Position numbers and translations under genes: made by a program. A stretch of 64,000 nt of DNA, taken from the NCBI RefSeq assembly GCF_009914755.1, contig NC_060927.1, one strand, 5' to 3'. The notes below the pieces were generated by a model that saw only the letters and a list, made by a program, of their open reading frames with translations, ran no database searches and was not told the DNA's origin. Positions 1-13,034 of this stretch are shown here, piece after piece (the first letter of the stretch is position 1; each line of letters starts with the position of its first letter). Origin of the DNA: the human T2T-CHM13v2.0 reference genome, Homo sapiens.

Positions 1-238
1 AAATGGGGGCATGGGGGCAAACTGGAGTAATATTTTTAAGTTTTATGGCTGGTTTTAGGGGAAAGGGTCTCTGGTTTCTGTGATCTGCCTTGGGAAAAGT
101 GGATTCTAGTTGTGGCTAGCCTCAAGGAAGAATGAAAGGCCAGAGACAGGAGGGGAGGAGAAGGTCAAAGAAACACCTTTGCTTCTGAGGCTACTCCTGA
201 AGCCTTCATTTTGGGGTATTGTTTTCTAAGCCCCAACA
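1..238 (-). mobile_element. ERV1-class (MER4/MER39-group-like) LTR fragment, 5' end, cut by the window edge
   Basis: Reverse complement begins TGTTGGGGCTTAGAAAACAATACCCCAAAATGAAGGC, a typical ERV1 LTR start; subfamily uncertain. Confidence 0.6.
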
Positions 239-299
239 AGCAGTAAAACTCACCTAACACAAGGCCATCACAAGGGTTTTGCTGATTTCATAATTTTAA

Positions 300-1000
300 T
301 TAATATTTTGCCTATTACAAATTGAGCCTCTTCAAATATTTAAAATCCATTTCTGATTGCTTTTCTCTGTTCATATCCCTTTCCTATTTTCTCATGTTAT
401 ACTTTTAGAAAATTGAATTGTAGACATTATTTATATGTAAAGATGGCTTTTGTAATGTGTGTTGTATTTTTTTTTTTTTTTTGCCATGCAGGAAATTTTT
501 TATAATCAGATTTATTAAAGTTTTACTTTGATGACTTCTGGCTTTTGTTATATACTTGGAAAATCCTTTTCTAATCCATGATTACAAAAAAACCTGATGG
601 TTTCTTCTATTACTTTTGTAATTTATATTTTGAAGTTTTCTTCATATAAATTTTACGTATTTCTTGTTAAGATCATTTCTAGGTATTTTATCATTTTTAT
701 TGGTATTGTAAGTGGATTTTGTCTTTTATTAGATCTCCTAACTCACTGTTGTTTCAATATATGAGGGCTGCTAATTTCTGTATACAAATTTTTTAGTCAG
801 TCACCTTATTGAATTCTGATCTTAAAAAAATTGTCTTAAGATTTTCACAAATATATTACTTGAAAATTGTAATAATTTAACCTCTTCCTTTCTCATATTT
901 AAACCTCAAAATTCTTTTTTCATTTTCTATGTTTGGTATCCTCAGAATAATGTTAGACAATATTGTAATGGTAAGCATTCTTGTCTTGTTACTCAGGTAA
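300..1000 (-). mobile_element. Highly diverged L1M fragments
   Basis: T-rich sequence with antisense L1 ORF2-like motifs (ttattgaattct, cattcttgtcttgtt); boundaries approximate. Confidence 0.55.
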
Positions 1001-1156
1001 TCTTATATCTTAAAACACCTTCTAACTTCCTAATATTATTAGCTTCTCCCTACTTGCTGTATCTTTTTAATCTTGAAAAACTCTCTGTGGATGTCATGCT
1101 GACTTGCAGCCACTGCTCTCTCACCTTTCTTTTAAATGTCTTGGAAAAGTTATCTA

Positions 1157-1587
1157 CAGTTGACCCTTGAACAACATGGGTTTGGACTCCATGGGTTCAC
1201 TTACACGTGGATTCTTTTCTGCCTCTGCTAACTTAGAGACAGCAAGACCAACCCCTCCTCTTCTTCCTCCTCCTCAGCCTACTTAATGTGAAAATGATGA
1301 GGATGGAGACCTTTACGATGATCCACTTCCAGTTAATAAATAGTAAGTATACTTTATCTTCCTTATGATTTTCTTAATAACCTTTTATCTGGCTTACTTT
1401 CTTGTAAGAATAAAGTATGTCATACATATAACATACAAAATACCTGTAAATCAATTGTTTATGTTATCAGTAATGCCAACAGTAAGCTATTAGTAGTTAA
1501 GTTTCAGGAAGTCAAAAATTACACGTGGAATTTTGACTGTGCAGGGAGTCAGCACCCCTAACTCCTGCATCGTTCAAACGTCAACTG
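1157..1587 (+). mobile_element. Tigger2a/MER28-type TcMar MITE
   Basis: TIRs CAGTTGACCCTTGAAC ... GTTCAAACGTCAACTG, flanked by TA on both sides (1155-1156, 1588-1589), 431 bp. Confidence 0.85.
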
Positions 1588-1669
1588 TATTCTTTTTTTT
1601 TAATTCTTCTCAAATTCTCATCTTCCATTTATTCCACCATTAGTTTCAACCTAGCTTCTGTTTCCATTA

Positions 1670-2030
1670 CTAGGTAGGTCAGGTGCACTGACCTGTGAAT
1701 AATGTGGCCCTCAAGAAAGTCTTTTGTGGTGGTGACAGTTGCAGGGAAACTGAGTTTCAGAAGTGATCATGGCAGCAGTGTAAAAAGTGGTGTCTAATGC
1801 ATAGTTCAAGTCTTCTCCCTGCTGCCAAATGTGGCAGCTAGTGTCCATTGGCTGCATCAATAGTATCTTCTCTTGATTACTTCTGCAACATTTGGTTGGG
1901 CATTGTTTCTGCTGCTGGACTCTAATGTGGTTTACCACACCTCTCAGAGATTTAAAAAAATACCTAACACCCTTTAAACAAATTCAGTGTCTGTTTATAT
2001 TAGCAACTGTTTGGTTTCTGTTACTTGCTC
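1670..2030 (+). mobile_element. Old ERVL-type LTR fragment interrupting L2
   Basis: 3' end resembles ERVL LTR termini (aaattc...gtttggtttctgttacttgc); subfamily not determined. Confidence 0.4.
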
Positions 2031-3179
2031 TTGCTGAGATTACCAATGTATTCATTCAATCATAGTATTCAACATAATTAATTACTTCCTCTTTCTAGAA
2101 ACATTCTTGTCCTTCAGTTTCTATGATGCCACATTTTAATTTCCCTTTTTCCTTTCTGGCCACTTCTCATTTTCTTTTTCTGGCACTACCTTTTCTTCAG
2201 CATGTCATTTAAATATTCCCATTTCTTAGGATTAGACCTTATTCTTCTCACAATATGCTCATGTCCTAACAGATCTCACATATTTACATGGCTGCAAATA
2301 TAATCAATTTGCTGATGACTTCTAAACTTACTTCGCAGCATAGATTGATGTTGAGTTCTACATCTACATATATAACTATACTCAGCATATCTGCTTGTAT
2401 ATCTCATATGCAATTTGAACTCAAAGTTATGATATTTGTCCCTAAAATTGTCTTATCTCAGTGAATTACATCATCATCTACCCAGTGCTCATGTCAGAAA
2501 TCTTAGAATCATCCTTTACTTTTTCCATCTTACCCCCTAAATCCAACCAAGCCCCAAGTCCTATCAATTTCTTTTCAGCTCTGACAACTTCTCCACTTTT
2601 ATCACTTTGGATCTAACTACCATAATTTCTTATTTGAATTCTTATATCCACTATTGAATTCACTCTTATTTTCACCAAATCCATTCTCTTCGTGGCAAAT
2701 TGCTCTATTTAAAAATGGAAAATTGATATCTCTTCTCTATTGTGAATCCTTCAATGGGTTCCCATTGCTGTTACAATGAAATCCAATATACTTCATACAA
2801 CCCATAAGAATATCCTTTACCTGGTCCCTTTTGACATCATTAGGCTCTTATGCCATTACTCTATCCTGTATTAGTCAGTGTACAGCTGGAAAAACAGAAT
2901 CCAAGAACCGTTTCAATGAATGAAATATTACCTGGAGGTCAGGAAGCTGTTATCCCCTTCCACTAGCCTTTACTTTCCTTTGATATGTTGGAGGCACTGT
3001 GCCTATTTCTGCTGCCTTGTAACAGAAATTAATATGAAATGTGTTTACCAAAGACTTAACAAAATGTAGTTTGCAGGCTTTCAGCTCCTGTGATTGAGAG
3101 GGGAACACAAATAAAAGGCATATGTTCCTGCTCTAATTTTTCAAATTAACCAAACTTGGCTTCTAAACCCCTCTATCAA

Positions 3180-3212
<33 letters not shown>

Positions 3213-3523
3213 GCACTTTCCATAGGGTTAATATTAATTTATCCTTTGGGTCTTAGCCTAAACAACAGTTCATCAACAAAGCTATTTTTGTCCACAAAAT
3301 ATTAATTTTGTTCCCTCAGGTGTATCTTCTGGCACCCTGTGCCTTTCCTCAGAACATTCATAAAATTGAGACTAAATAATTAAATGCATGATATTCATTT
3401 AATATCTACCATTCATGCCAAACTGAAAAGTCATAGAAATGGAAGACATATATGACTTATTCATTGCTACAACTCCACTGGATGGAGCATGGAAGATGTG
3501 GAATAAATATTTGCTGAATAAAT
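2030..3523 (+). mobile_element. L2 LINE 3' region (fragmented)
   Basis: RT remnant tttgctgatgac (FADD) at ~2308, L2-like ORF2 tail, and 3' end aataaatatttgctgaataaatg at ~3501-3523. Confidence 0.7.
3181..3211. repeat. (AC)15 microsatellite
   Basis: Direct reading. Confidence 0.97.
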
Positions 3524-3695
3524 GCAGTGTATCTTCTATTAGAGTATTCAAAAGCGCAGTTCCTTCATTTATTGTTAATAATCCCTTCAGGGACAAAAAC
3601 TGTTCAGAATGGTTATTTTACCATAGGCAAAGAGTCCCTTTCTCAGGGATTTCTCTTATGTTATACAGAAATTTACCAAAAAGTGACATATTCAT

Positions 3696-4198
3696 TGTGA
3701 TGATTAATTTTAGGTGTCAACTTGACTGGACTAAGGCATACCCACAGAACTTGTAAAGCAATACTTTTAGGTGCGTCTGTGAGGGTGCTTCCAAAGGAGA
3801 TTGGACTGTAAGTCAGTGGACAGAGTGGAGAAAATCTGCCTCCATGTCGGCAGGCACCATCCAATTGGCTGGAGGCCCAACAGAACAAAAAAGGACAGAA
3901 AAAGATTTCCCCTCTCTCTCTCCTGGAGGTTGGATGCTCTCCTCTCTCTGTCCTTGGACATCAGAACTCCAGGCTCTCTAGCCTTAGGACTCCAGGACTT
4001 ACACCAGTGGCAACCCCACCTTGGATTCCCAGACCTTTGATCTCAAACTGAGAATTGCACCACCCACTTCCCTGGTTCCAAGGCTTTTAAACTTATACTA
4101 AGCCATGATGCTGGCATTCCAAAATCTTCAGCTTGCAGATAACCTGTGGTGGGACTTCTCAGCTTCCATAATCACATGAGCCAATTCCTCTAATAAAT

Positions 4199-4244
<46 letters not shown>

Positions 4245-4361
4245 ATGTACCTATTTATCTATCTATAAATCAATCATATATCTACCTATCTATTTACCTA
4301 CCTACTTACATATGTATGTATCCTACTGGTTCTATCTCTCTGGAAAACCCTGACTAATATA
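3696..4361 (+). mobile_element. MLT2 (HERV-L) solo LTR, MLT2B-like
   Basis: Starts TGTGATGATTAATTTTAGGTGTCAACTTGACTGG, ends CTGGAAAACCCTGACTAATATA, with AATAAA followed by a TCTA-rich tract. Confidence 0.85.
4199..4244. repeat. (TCTA)11 tetranucleotide STR inside MLT2
   Basis: Direct reading. Confidence 0.95.
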
Positions 4362-4610
4362 ATTGTATTGGAAGCATGAATGCCTAGATATTTTTCAATA
4401 ATCGAATATATTTCACATTAATTTAAGTAACCATGAAGATAGTTATGAAAATAGATAGATAGGAAAGGAGTCCCAAAAAAGAGAATAATTAGAGAGCAAA
4501 GATTCCCTCTAATCTTGAGGTTCTAGCACATCTAGTTACAGAAACACAACAAAATCTGTGAAAACAGATTTTCACAGATTTGAAGACAACAAAATATAAA
4601 AACAATGAAA

Positions 4611-4757
4611 TCTGTAATGTTAGCACATTGGGAGGTCAAGGTGCAAGTCCAGGAGTTTGAGACCAGCCTGGGCAACATAGCAAGACCCTGTCTCTACAAA
4701 AAAATTTTAAAAATTAGTTGGACATGGTGGGGCACACCTTGGTCCCAGCTACTGGGA
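4611..4757 (+). mobile_element. Internal Alu fragment (AluJ-like) with no 5' end and no poly(A) tail
   Basis: ctgtaat...ggagtttgagaccagcctgggcaacatagcaagaccctgtctctac...tcccagctactggga. Confidence 0.85.
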
Positions 4758-5224
4758 ATATGAAATCAACAAAATCTGTTTACCCAAATATTCACATACA
4801 TTTTATGCCATAATGATATTTTCAAATAGTGAATGGCAACAGCTGAGCATTAAAGTATTTGATTATGAAACAAATGGAACTGATTCCCTTGACAAGCTGG
4901 CTGATAGTGCTCCTATTTAATTCTATCTACTAGGTCAACTCTTTTGGCTCTTTATTCCCATAACAAAAAGACTCTAGGGTACAAGAGGGCAGCTGAACTA
5001 TCAGCAGACTGTTATCTTTGAAGCTGGGTTCCTGATTCTGAAATTCAGTGTTGGATCTATTTTTAAGAGGTGAATTGTATCTATGCTCTTCCATCTTCAG
5101 CTGCTTATAATATAGCCATTTATAGGTTCTGATTTGTTGGGGAGGGTGGAGATAATGTTACAGTCAACAAACTTTGAAATTATTGCTGAGAGAGAGGAAA
5201 GGGTGACAAGAGAAGTTACATTAG

Positions 5225-5838
5225 TGTTAGTAGAAGAGCTGAGGCCGGACTGGCTTGTCTGCCATAATATAAAAGAATCTTGGAAGATGTCTGGAGTCCA
5301 GGGTCTAAAACCCCTCGTGGCCTTTTAAACACCAAGCTCTGTGCCAAAGGATGGAAGGCTGTCCTGCCACATCACAAATCTAAGCCGTCATAGCACCCCT
5401 CATGGCTTGGAAAGAATCCAGGGCTCAGGGCATAAAACCCCTCGTGGCCTCTGAAATGTGCACAGACTTGTTGGTTGCTCTCCCAGGCTCATAAACATGT
5501 TTTCCATTATCTCAGGTAGCAGAGCATATTACATATGCGTCAAAGAAAATGCTAAACCGTCACAGCTATGCTTGATGCACCGCTACCTTTCTACCACCAT
5601 GTCCTCATGTCCTCATGTCCTCAGCTGTTTATCCCCACATCCACACATCCTCACCACCTGCTTCTTTGATCACCAATAAATAGTGTGGGCTCCCAGAGCT
5701 CAGGACCTTCACAGCCTCTATACCAGCATTGGCCCCTGGATCCATCTTATGCACTCTTAACTTGTCTTTTCTCATTCCTTTGACTCCACCAGACTTTGTA
5801 GCCCCCACGGCCTGGTGTTGGGTCTGATCACCCCAACA
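5225..5838 (+). mobile_element. ERVK-class solo LTR (LTR22/HML-5-like)
   Basis: TG...CA termini, perfect 6-bp TSD CATTAG (5219-5224, 5839-5844), AATAAA at ~5675, internal repeat TAAAACCCCTCGTGGCCT; subfamily from recall. Confidence 0.75.
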
Positions 5839-8123
5839 CATTAGAAGGTAATTGATGTAGTTCATCTAGGAATGCTTTTTTCTCAGAGAAATAAGCAGTG
5901 TTATCCAATGAGACTGTATGCGCTAAGGAAATGGATGGAGGCTTGAGGAGAAAGGGAAAAATTTGAAGCAGTCACTGTAAAGGCTTCAAAAAGATGACTA
6001 TAGATTCTTGTATAGCTTTGAGAACCTGAAGAGAAGTTTGATACCATGAAATATCAGGAATTACAATTGGCACCTTGTTGAGATTTTATGAAGCTACTCC
6101 TGATAGGTATGGCAGGAGTGCTGAATGCCATTAGTGGGGGTTAGCAAAGCACACAAGGGCTCATGAGCACATTATTGAAAAGTTTAACATGAAGTCCAGT
6201 CTGAATATAAAGGCAGAAAAGCTAAATGGGAGTAATGGATTTGGAGATAAGTATTGGAAGACAAAGACAAAATTGGAAGACAAAGAATAAATTTAACAGT
6301 GATGATAAATTGGTAGGAAAATAGGAGGCTAGGATAGAAAAAACTCTTAAATGAGAAATTCCTACTGAGACCAGAGGTTCTCAGGAGATTGAAAACAACT
6401 GATTTTTTCAAGGACTTCAAGTAGAAGCAAAATTAAAAAAATAGACAAAGAAGTCCAAAGCAGGGGAGGGGGGTTGTTGAAGAAGGGCTACAAACAATGG
6501 TCTAGAAGTAGATTACCCAGCCCTATTTCAAGCAACATGGGTTGAAGAAAGTGGAATAAATAGAAGCTTTCTTTTAGAAAAGGCTGCTGAAGATCTTAAA
6601 TTTTAAGATAAAAATTCATGTTTCATTTAGTTTGAGAAGGTAGAGTGAGATGTTTGTTTATGGTAGAACAGGGTCCGTAAGGGCCTTATGAGGAAAAGAA
6701 AGAGACTACTCAGGAATGGAGTGGGCCTAGGGCCTAGGGAGGCAAGCTAGATAAGGTAGTTAGAAATAAACTGAGTTTTGATTTCCCAGGCATGATGGCC
6801 GAATAGGACCAGCTCCGGTCGGCAGCTCCCAGTGAGATCAACACAGAAGGCAGATGATTTCTGCATATCCAACTGAGGTATCTGGTTCATGTCACTGGGA
6901 CAGGTTAGACAGTGGGTGCAGCCCACGGAGGGCAAGCTGAAGCAGGGTGGGGTGTTGGCTCACCCGGGAAGTGCAAGGGTTGGGGAACTCCCTTCCCTAG
7001 ACAAGGGTAGCCATGAGAGACCGTGCCAAGAGGGAGGGTGCTATCCAGCCCAGATAACTACGTTTTTCCCATGGTCTTCACAACCCATAGGCCAGGAGAT
7101 TCCCTCAGGTGCCTACAGCACATGGCCCTGGGTTTCAAGCCCAAAACTGGGCGGCTGTTTGGGCAGTCATCAAGTTAGCTGCAGTAGTTGTTTTTTTGTA
7201 CCCTAGTGGTGCCTGGAATGCCTGTGAGACAGAACCGTTCACTCCCCTAAAAAAGGGGCTGAAGTCAGGGAGCCAAGTGGTCTAGCTCAGCAGCTCCCAT
7301 TCCCACGGAGCCCAGCAAGCTAAGATCCACTGGCTTGAAATTCTTGCTGTGAGCACAGCAGTCTGAAGTTGACCTGGGATGCTCAGGCTTGGTGGGGGGA
7401 GCAGCATCTGCCATTACTGAGGCTTGAGTAGGCAGTTTTCCCCTTACAGTGTAAACAAAGCCCCCAGGAAGTTGAGACTGGGCAGGGCTCACCACCGCGC
7501 CGCAAAGCCAAGGTGCCCAGACTGCCTGTCTAGATTCCTCCTCTCTGGGCAGGGCAGCTCTGAAAAAAAGGCAGCAGCCCCAGTCAGGGACTTATAGATA
7601 AAACTCCCATCTCCCTGGGAAAGAGCACCTGGGGGAAGGGATGGCTGTGGGTGCAGTTTCAGTAGACTTAAACGTCCCTGCCTGCCGACATGGAAGAAAG
7701 CAGTGGATCTCCCAGCACAGTGCTCGAGCTCTGCTAAGGGACAGTCTGCCTCCTTAAGTGGGTCCTTGACACCTGTGCCTCCTGACGGGGGGGACACCTC
7801 CCAACAGAGGCCAACAGTTACCTCATACAGGAGAGCTCTGGCTGGCATCCGGTGGGTACCTGTCTGAGATGAAGATTCCAGAGGAAGCAACAGGCATCAA
7901 TCTTTGCTGTTCTGCAGCCTCCGCTGGTGATACCCAGGCAAACAGAGTCTGGAGTGAACCCCCAGCAAACTCCAGCAGAACTGCAGCAGAGGGGCCTGAC
8001 TGTTAGAAGGAAAACTAACAAACAGAAAGCAACAGCATCAGCATCAACAAAAAGGACAACCACACAAAAACTCCATCCGAAGATCACCAACAGCAAAGGT
8101 CAAAGGTAAATAAATCCACAAAG

Positions 8124-9151
8124 ATGAGGAAAAACCAGTGCAAAAAGGCTGGAAATTCCAAAAACCAGAATGCTTCTTCTCTTCTAAAGGATCACAAATC
8201 ATCACCAGCAAGGGAACAAATCTTGATGGAGAATGAGTTTGATGAACTGACAGAAGTAGGCTTCAGAAGGTGGGTAATACCAAACTCTCCTGAGCTAAAG
8301 GAGCATGTTCTAACCCAATGCAAGGAAGCTAATAACCTGGATAAAAGGTTAGAGAAATTGATAATTAGAATAACCAGTTTACAGAAGAACATAAATGACC
8401 TGACAGAGCTGAAAAACACAGCATGAGAACTTCATGAAGCATAAACAAGTATCAATAGCTGAATCGACCAAATGGAAGAAAGGCTATCAGAGACTGTTGA
8501 TCAATTTAATGAAATAAAGCATGAATACAAGATTAAAGAAAAAAGAATGAAAAGGAATGAATAAAGCCTCCAAGAAATATGTGATTATGTGAAAAAGACC
8601 AAACGTACGTTTGATTGGTGTACCTGAAAGTGATGGGGAGGATGGAACCAAGTTGGAAAACATACTTCAGGATAATATCCAGGACAACTTCCCCAACCTA
8701 GCAAGACAGGCCAACATTCAAATTCAGGAAATAAAGAGAATACCACAAAGATACTCCTCAAGAAGAGCAACCCCAAGACACGTAATCATCACATTCACCA
8801 AGGTTGAAATGAAGGAAAAAAATGTTAAGGGCAGCCAGAGAGAAAGGTCGGGTTACCCACAAAGGGAAGCCTATCAGACTAACAGCAGATCTCTCTGCAG
8901 AAACACTACAAGCCAGAAGAGAGTGAGGGCCGATATTCAACATTCTTAAAGAAAAGAATTTTCAACCCAGAATTTCATATCCAGCCAAACTAAGCTTCAC
9001 AAGTGAAGAAGAAATAAAATCCTTTACAGACAAGCAAATGCTAAGGGATTTTGTCATCACCAGGCCTGCCTTACAAGAGCTCCTAAAGGAAGCACTAAAT
9101 ATGGAAAGGAAAAACCGGTATCAGCCAATGCAAAAACAAACCAAAATGTAA
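8124..9151 (+). pseudogene. L1 ORF1p remnant (premature stops and frameshifts)
   Basis: MRKNQCKKAGNSKNQNASS... and IGVPESDGEDGTKLENILQD...RYSSRRATPRHVII match ORF1p; first stop at 8424-8426. Confidence 0.9.
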
Positions 9152-9214
9152 AGACCATTGACACTATGAGGAAACTGCATCAACTAATGAGTAAAATAAC
9201 CAGCTAGCATCATA

Positions 9215-12200
9215 ATGACAGGATCGAATTCACACATAACAATATTAACCTTAAATGTAGATGGGATAAATGCCCCAATTAAAAGGCACAGACTAGCAAA
9301 TTGGATAAAGAGTCAAGACCCACTGGTGTGCTGTATTCAGGAGACTCATCTCACATGCGGAGACACATATAGGGTTAAAATAAAGGGATGAAAGAATATT
9401 TACCAAGAAAATGGAAAGAAGAAAAAAAAGCAGGGGTTGCAATCCTAGTCTCTGATAAAACAGACTTTAAACCAACAAAGATCAAAAAAGACAAAGAAAG
9501 GCATTACATAATGGTAAAGGGATCAAAGCAACAAAAAGAGCTAACTATCCTAAATATATATGCACACAATACAGGAGAACCCAGATTCATAAAGCAAGTT
9601 CTTAGAGACCTACAAAGAGACTTAGACTCACATACAATAATAGTGGGAAATTTAACACCCCACTGTCAATATTAGACAGATTAACGAGACAGAAAATTAA
9701 CCAGGATTTTCAGGACTTGAACTTAGCTCTGGACCAAGCAGACCTAATAGACATCTACAGAACTCTCCACCCCAAATCAACAGAATATGAATTCTTCTCA
9801 GCACCACACAGCAATTGTTCTAAAATCGACCACATAATTGGAAGTAAAACACTCCTTAGCAAATGCAAAATAATGAAAACCATAACAGTCTCTCAGACCA
9901 CAGTGCAATCAAATTATAACTCAGGATTAAGAAACCCACTCAAAACCACACAACTACATGGAAACTTAACAACCTGCTCCTGAATGACTACTGGGTAAAT
10001 AAGCAAATGAAGGCAGAAATAAATAAGCTCTTTGAAACCAACGAGAACAACGACACAATGTGCCAGAATCTCTGGGACACAGCTAAAGCAGTGTTTAGAG
10101 GGAAATTTATAGCACTAAATGCCCACATCACAAAGCAGGAAAGATCTAAAACTGACACCCTAACATCACAATTATAAGAACTAGAGAAGCAAGAGCCAAC
10201 AAATTCAAAAGCTAGCAGAAGACAAGAAATAACTAAGATTAGAGCCAAACTGAAGGAGATAGAGACACAAAAACTCTTCAAAAAAAAAAATCAATGAATC
10301 TAGAAGTTGGTTTTTCGAAAAGATTAACAAAATAGATAGAACACTAGCCAAAAGAATAAAGAAGGAAAGAGAGAAGAATCAAATAGACACAATAAAAAAT
10401 GATCAAGGGGATATCACTGTGGATCCCACAGAAATAGAAACTACCATCAGAGAATACTAATAAGCACCTCTATGCTAATAAACTAGAAAATCTAGAAGAA
10501 ATTGATAAATGTGTGGACAAACACACCCTCCCAAGACTAAATCAGGAAGAAGTCAAATCCATGAATAGACCAGTAACAAGTTCTGAAATTGAGGCAGTAC
10601 TTAATAGCCTCCCAACCTAAAAAAGCCCAGGACCAGAAGGATTCATAGCCGAATTATACCAGAGGTACAAAGAAGAGCTGATACACTTCCTTCTGAAACT
10701 ATTCCAGACAAAAGAAAAAGAGGGACTCCTCCCTGACTCATTTTATGAGGCCAGCATCATCCTGATACCAAAACCTGGCAGAGACACAACCAAAAAAGAA
10801 AATTTCAGGCCACTATCCCTGATGAACATCTATGTGATAATACTCAATAAAATTCTGGCAAACCGAAACCAGCAGCACATTATAAAGCTTATCCACCACA
10901 ATCAAGTTGGCTTCATCCCTGGGATGCAAGGCTGGTTCAACATAGGCAAATCAATATACAGAATCCATCATAAATAGAACCAATGACAAAAACCACATGA
11001 TTATCTCAATAGATGCAGAAAAGGCCTTGGATAAAATTCAACACTCTTCATGCTAAAAACACTCAATAAACTAGGTAATGATGGACTGTACCTCAAAATA
11101 ATAAGAACTATTTATGACAAACTCACAGCCAATATCATACCGAATAGGCAAAAGCTGGAAGCATTCCCTTTGAAAACCGGCAGAAGACAAGGATGCCCTC
11201 TCTCACCACTTGTATTCAACAAAGATTGAAAGATCTGGCCAGGATAATCAGGCAAGAGAAAGAAATCAAGAGTATTCAAACAGGAAGAGAGGAAGTCAAT
11301 TTGTCTCTGTTTGCAGATGACATGATTGTATATTTAGAAAACCTCATCATCTCAGCCCAAAAACTCCTTAAGCTAATAAGCAACTTCAGCAAAATCTCAG
11401 GATACAAAATCAACGTGCAAAAATCACAAGCATTCATATACAGCAATAATAGACAGAGAGCCAAATCATGAGTGAACTCCCATTAACAACTGCTACAAAG
11501 AGAATAAAATACCTAGGAATACAACTTACAAGGGATATGAGGGACCTCTTCTAGGAGAACTACAAACCACTGCTCAAGGAAATAAGAGAGGACACAAACA
11601 AATGGGAAAACATTCCATGCTCATGGGTAGGAAGAATCAATATAATGAAAATGGCCATACTGCCCAAAGTAATTTATACATTCAATGCTATTCCCATCAA
11701 GCTACCATTGACTTTCTTCACAGAATTAGAAAAAACTACTTTAAATTTCATACGAAATCCAAAAAGAGCCCATATACCCAAGACAATCTTAAGCAAAAAG
11801 AACAAAGCTGGAGTCATCATGCTACCTGGCTTCAAACTACACTACAAGGCTACAGTAACCAAAAGAGCATGGTACTGGTACCAAAACAGATATACAGGCC
11901 AATGGAACAGAATAGAGGCCTCAGAAATAACACCACACATCTACAACCATCTGATCTTTGACAAACGTGACAAAAACAAGCAATGGGGAAAGGATTCCCT
12001 ATTTAATAAATGGTGTTGGGAAAACTGGCTAGCCGTATGCAGAAAACTGAAACTGGACTCCTTCCTTACACCATACACAAAAATTAACTCACGATGGGTT
12101 AAAGATTTAAATGTAAGACCTAAAACCATAAAAATCCTCGAAGAAAACTTAGGCAATACCATTCAGGACACAGGCATGGGCAAAGACTTCATGAATAAAA

Positions 12201-13034
12201 CACCAAAAGCAATTGCAACAAAAGCCAAAATTGACAAATGGGATCTAATTAAACTAAACAGCTTCTGCACAGTAATAGAAACCATCATCAGATTGAACAG
12301 GCAACCTACAGAATGGGAGAAAAATTTTGCAATATATTCATCTGACAAAGGGCTAATATCATGAATCTACTAGGAACGTAAACAAATTGAAAAGAAAAAC
12401 AAAGAAGCCCATCAAAAAGTGGGTGAAGGATATGAGCAGACACTTTTCAAAAGAAGACATTTATGCAGCCAATAAACATGTGAAAACAAGCTCATCATCA
12501 CTGGTCATTAGAGAAATGAACATCAAAACCACAATGAGATACCATCTCATGCCTGTTAGAATAGCGATCATTAAAATGTCAGGAAACAACAGATGCTGGA
12601 GAGGATGTGGAGAACTAGGACCACTTTTACACTCTTGGTGGGAGTGTAAATTTGTTTAACTGTTGTGGAAAACAGTGTGGTGATTCCTCAAGGATCTAGA
12701 ACTAGAAATACCATTTGACCCAGCAATCCCATTACTGGGTATACGCCCCAAAAATTATAAATCATTCTACTACAAAGACACATGCACATGTATGTTTATT
12801 GCAGCACTATTCACAATAGCAAAGACTTGGAACCAAGCCAAATGCCCATCAATGATAGACTGGATAAACAAACTGTAGCACATACACACCATAAAATACT
12901 ATGCAGCCATAAAAAAGAATGAGTTCATGTCCTCTGCAGGGACATGGATGAAGCTGGAAACCATCATTCTCAGCAAACTAACATAGGAACAGAAAACCGA
13001 ACACTGCATGTTCTCACTCATAAGTGGGAGCTGA
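9215..13034 (+). pseudogene. L1 ORF2p (endonuclease/reverse transcriptase) remnant, broken
   Basis: ATGACAGGATC start, KAGVAILVSDKTDFK (EN), [13 protein letters not shown] (RT), WYWYQNR and [10 protein letters not shown]; fragmented into many short ORFs. Confidence 0.92.

Noticed and set aside
11645-12364. 239-aa ORF
   Set aside because: Surviving piece of L1 ORF2p within an element broken by many stops and frameshifts; not an independent gene or an active L1
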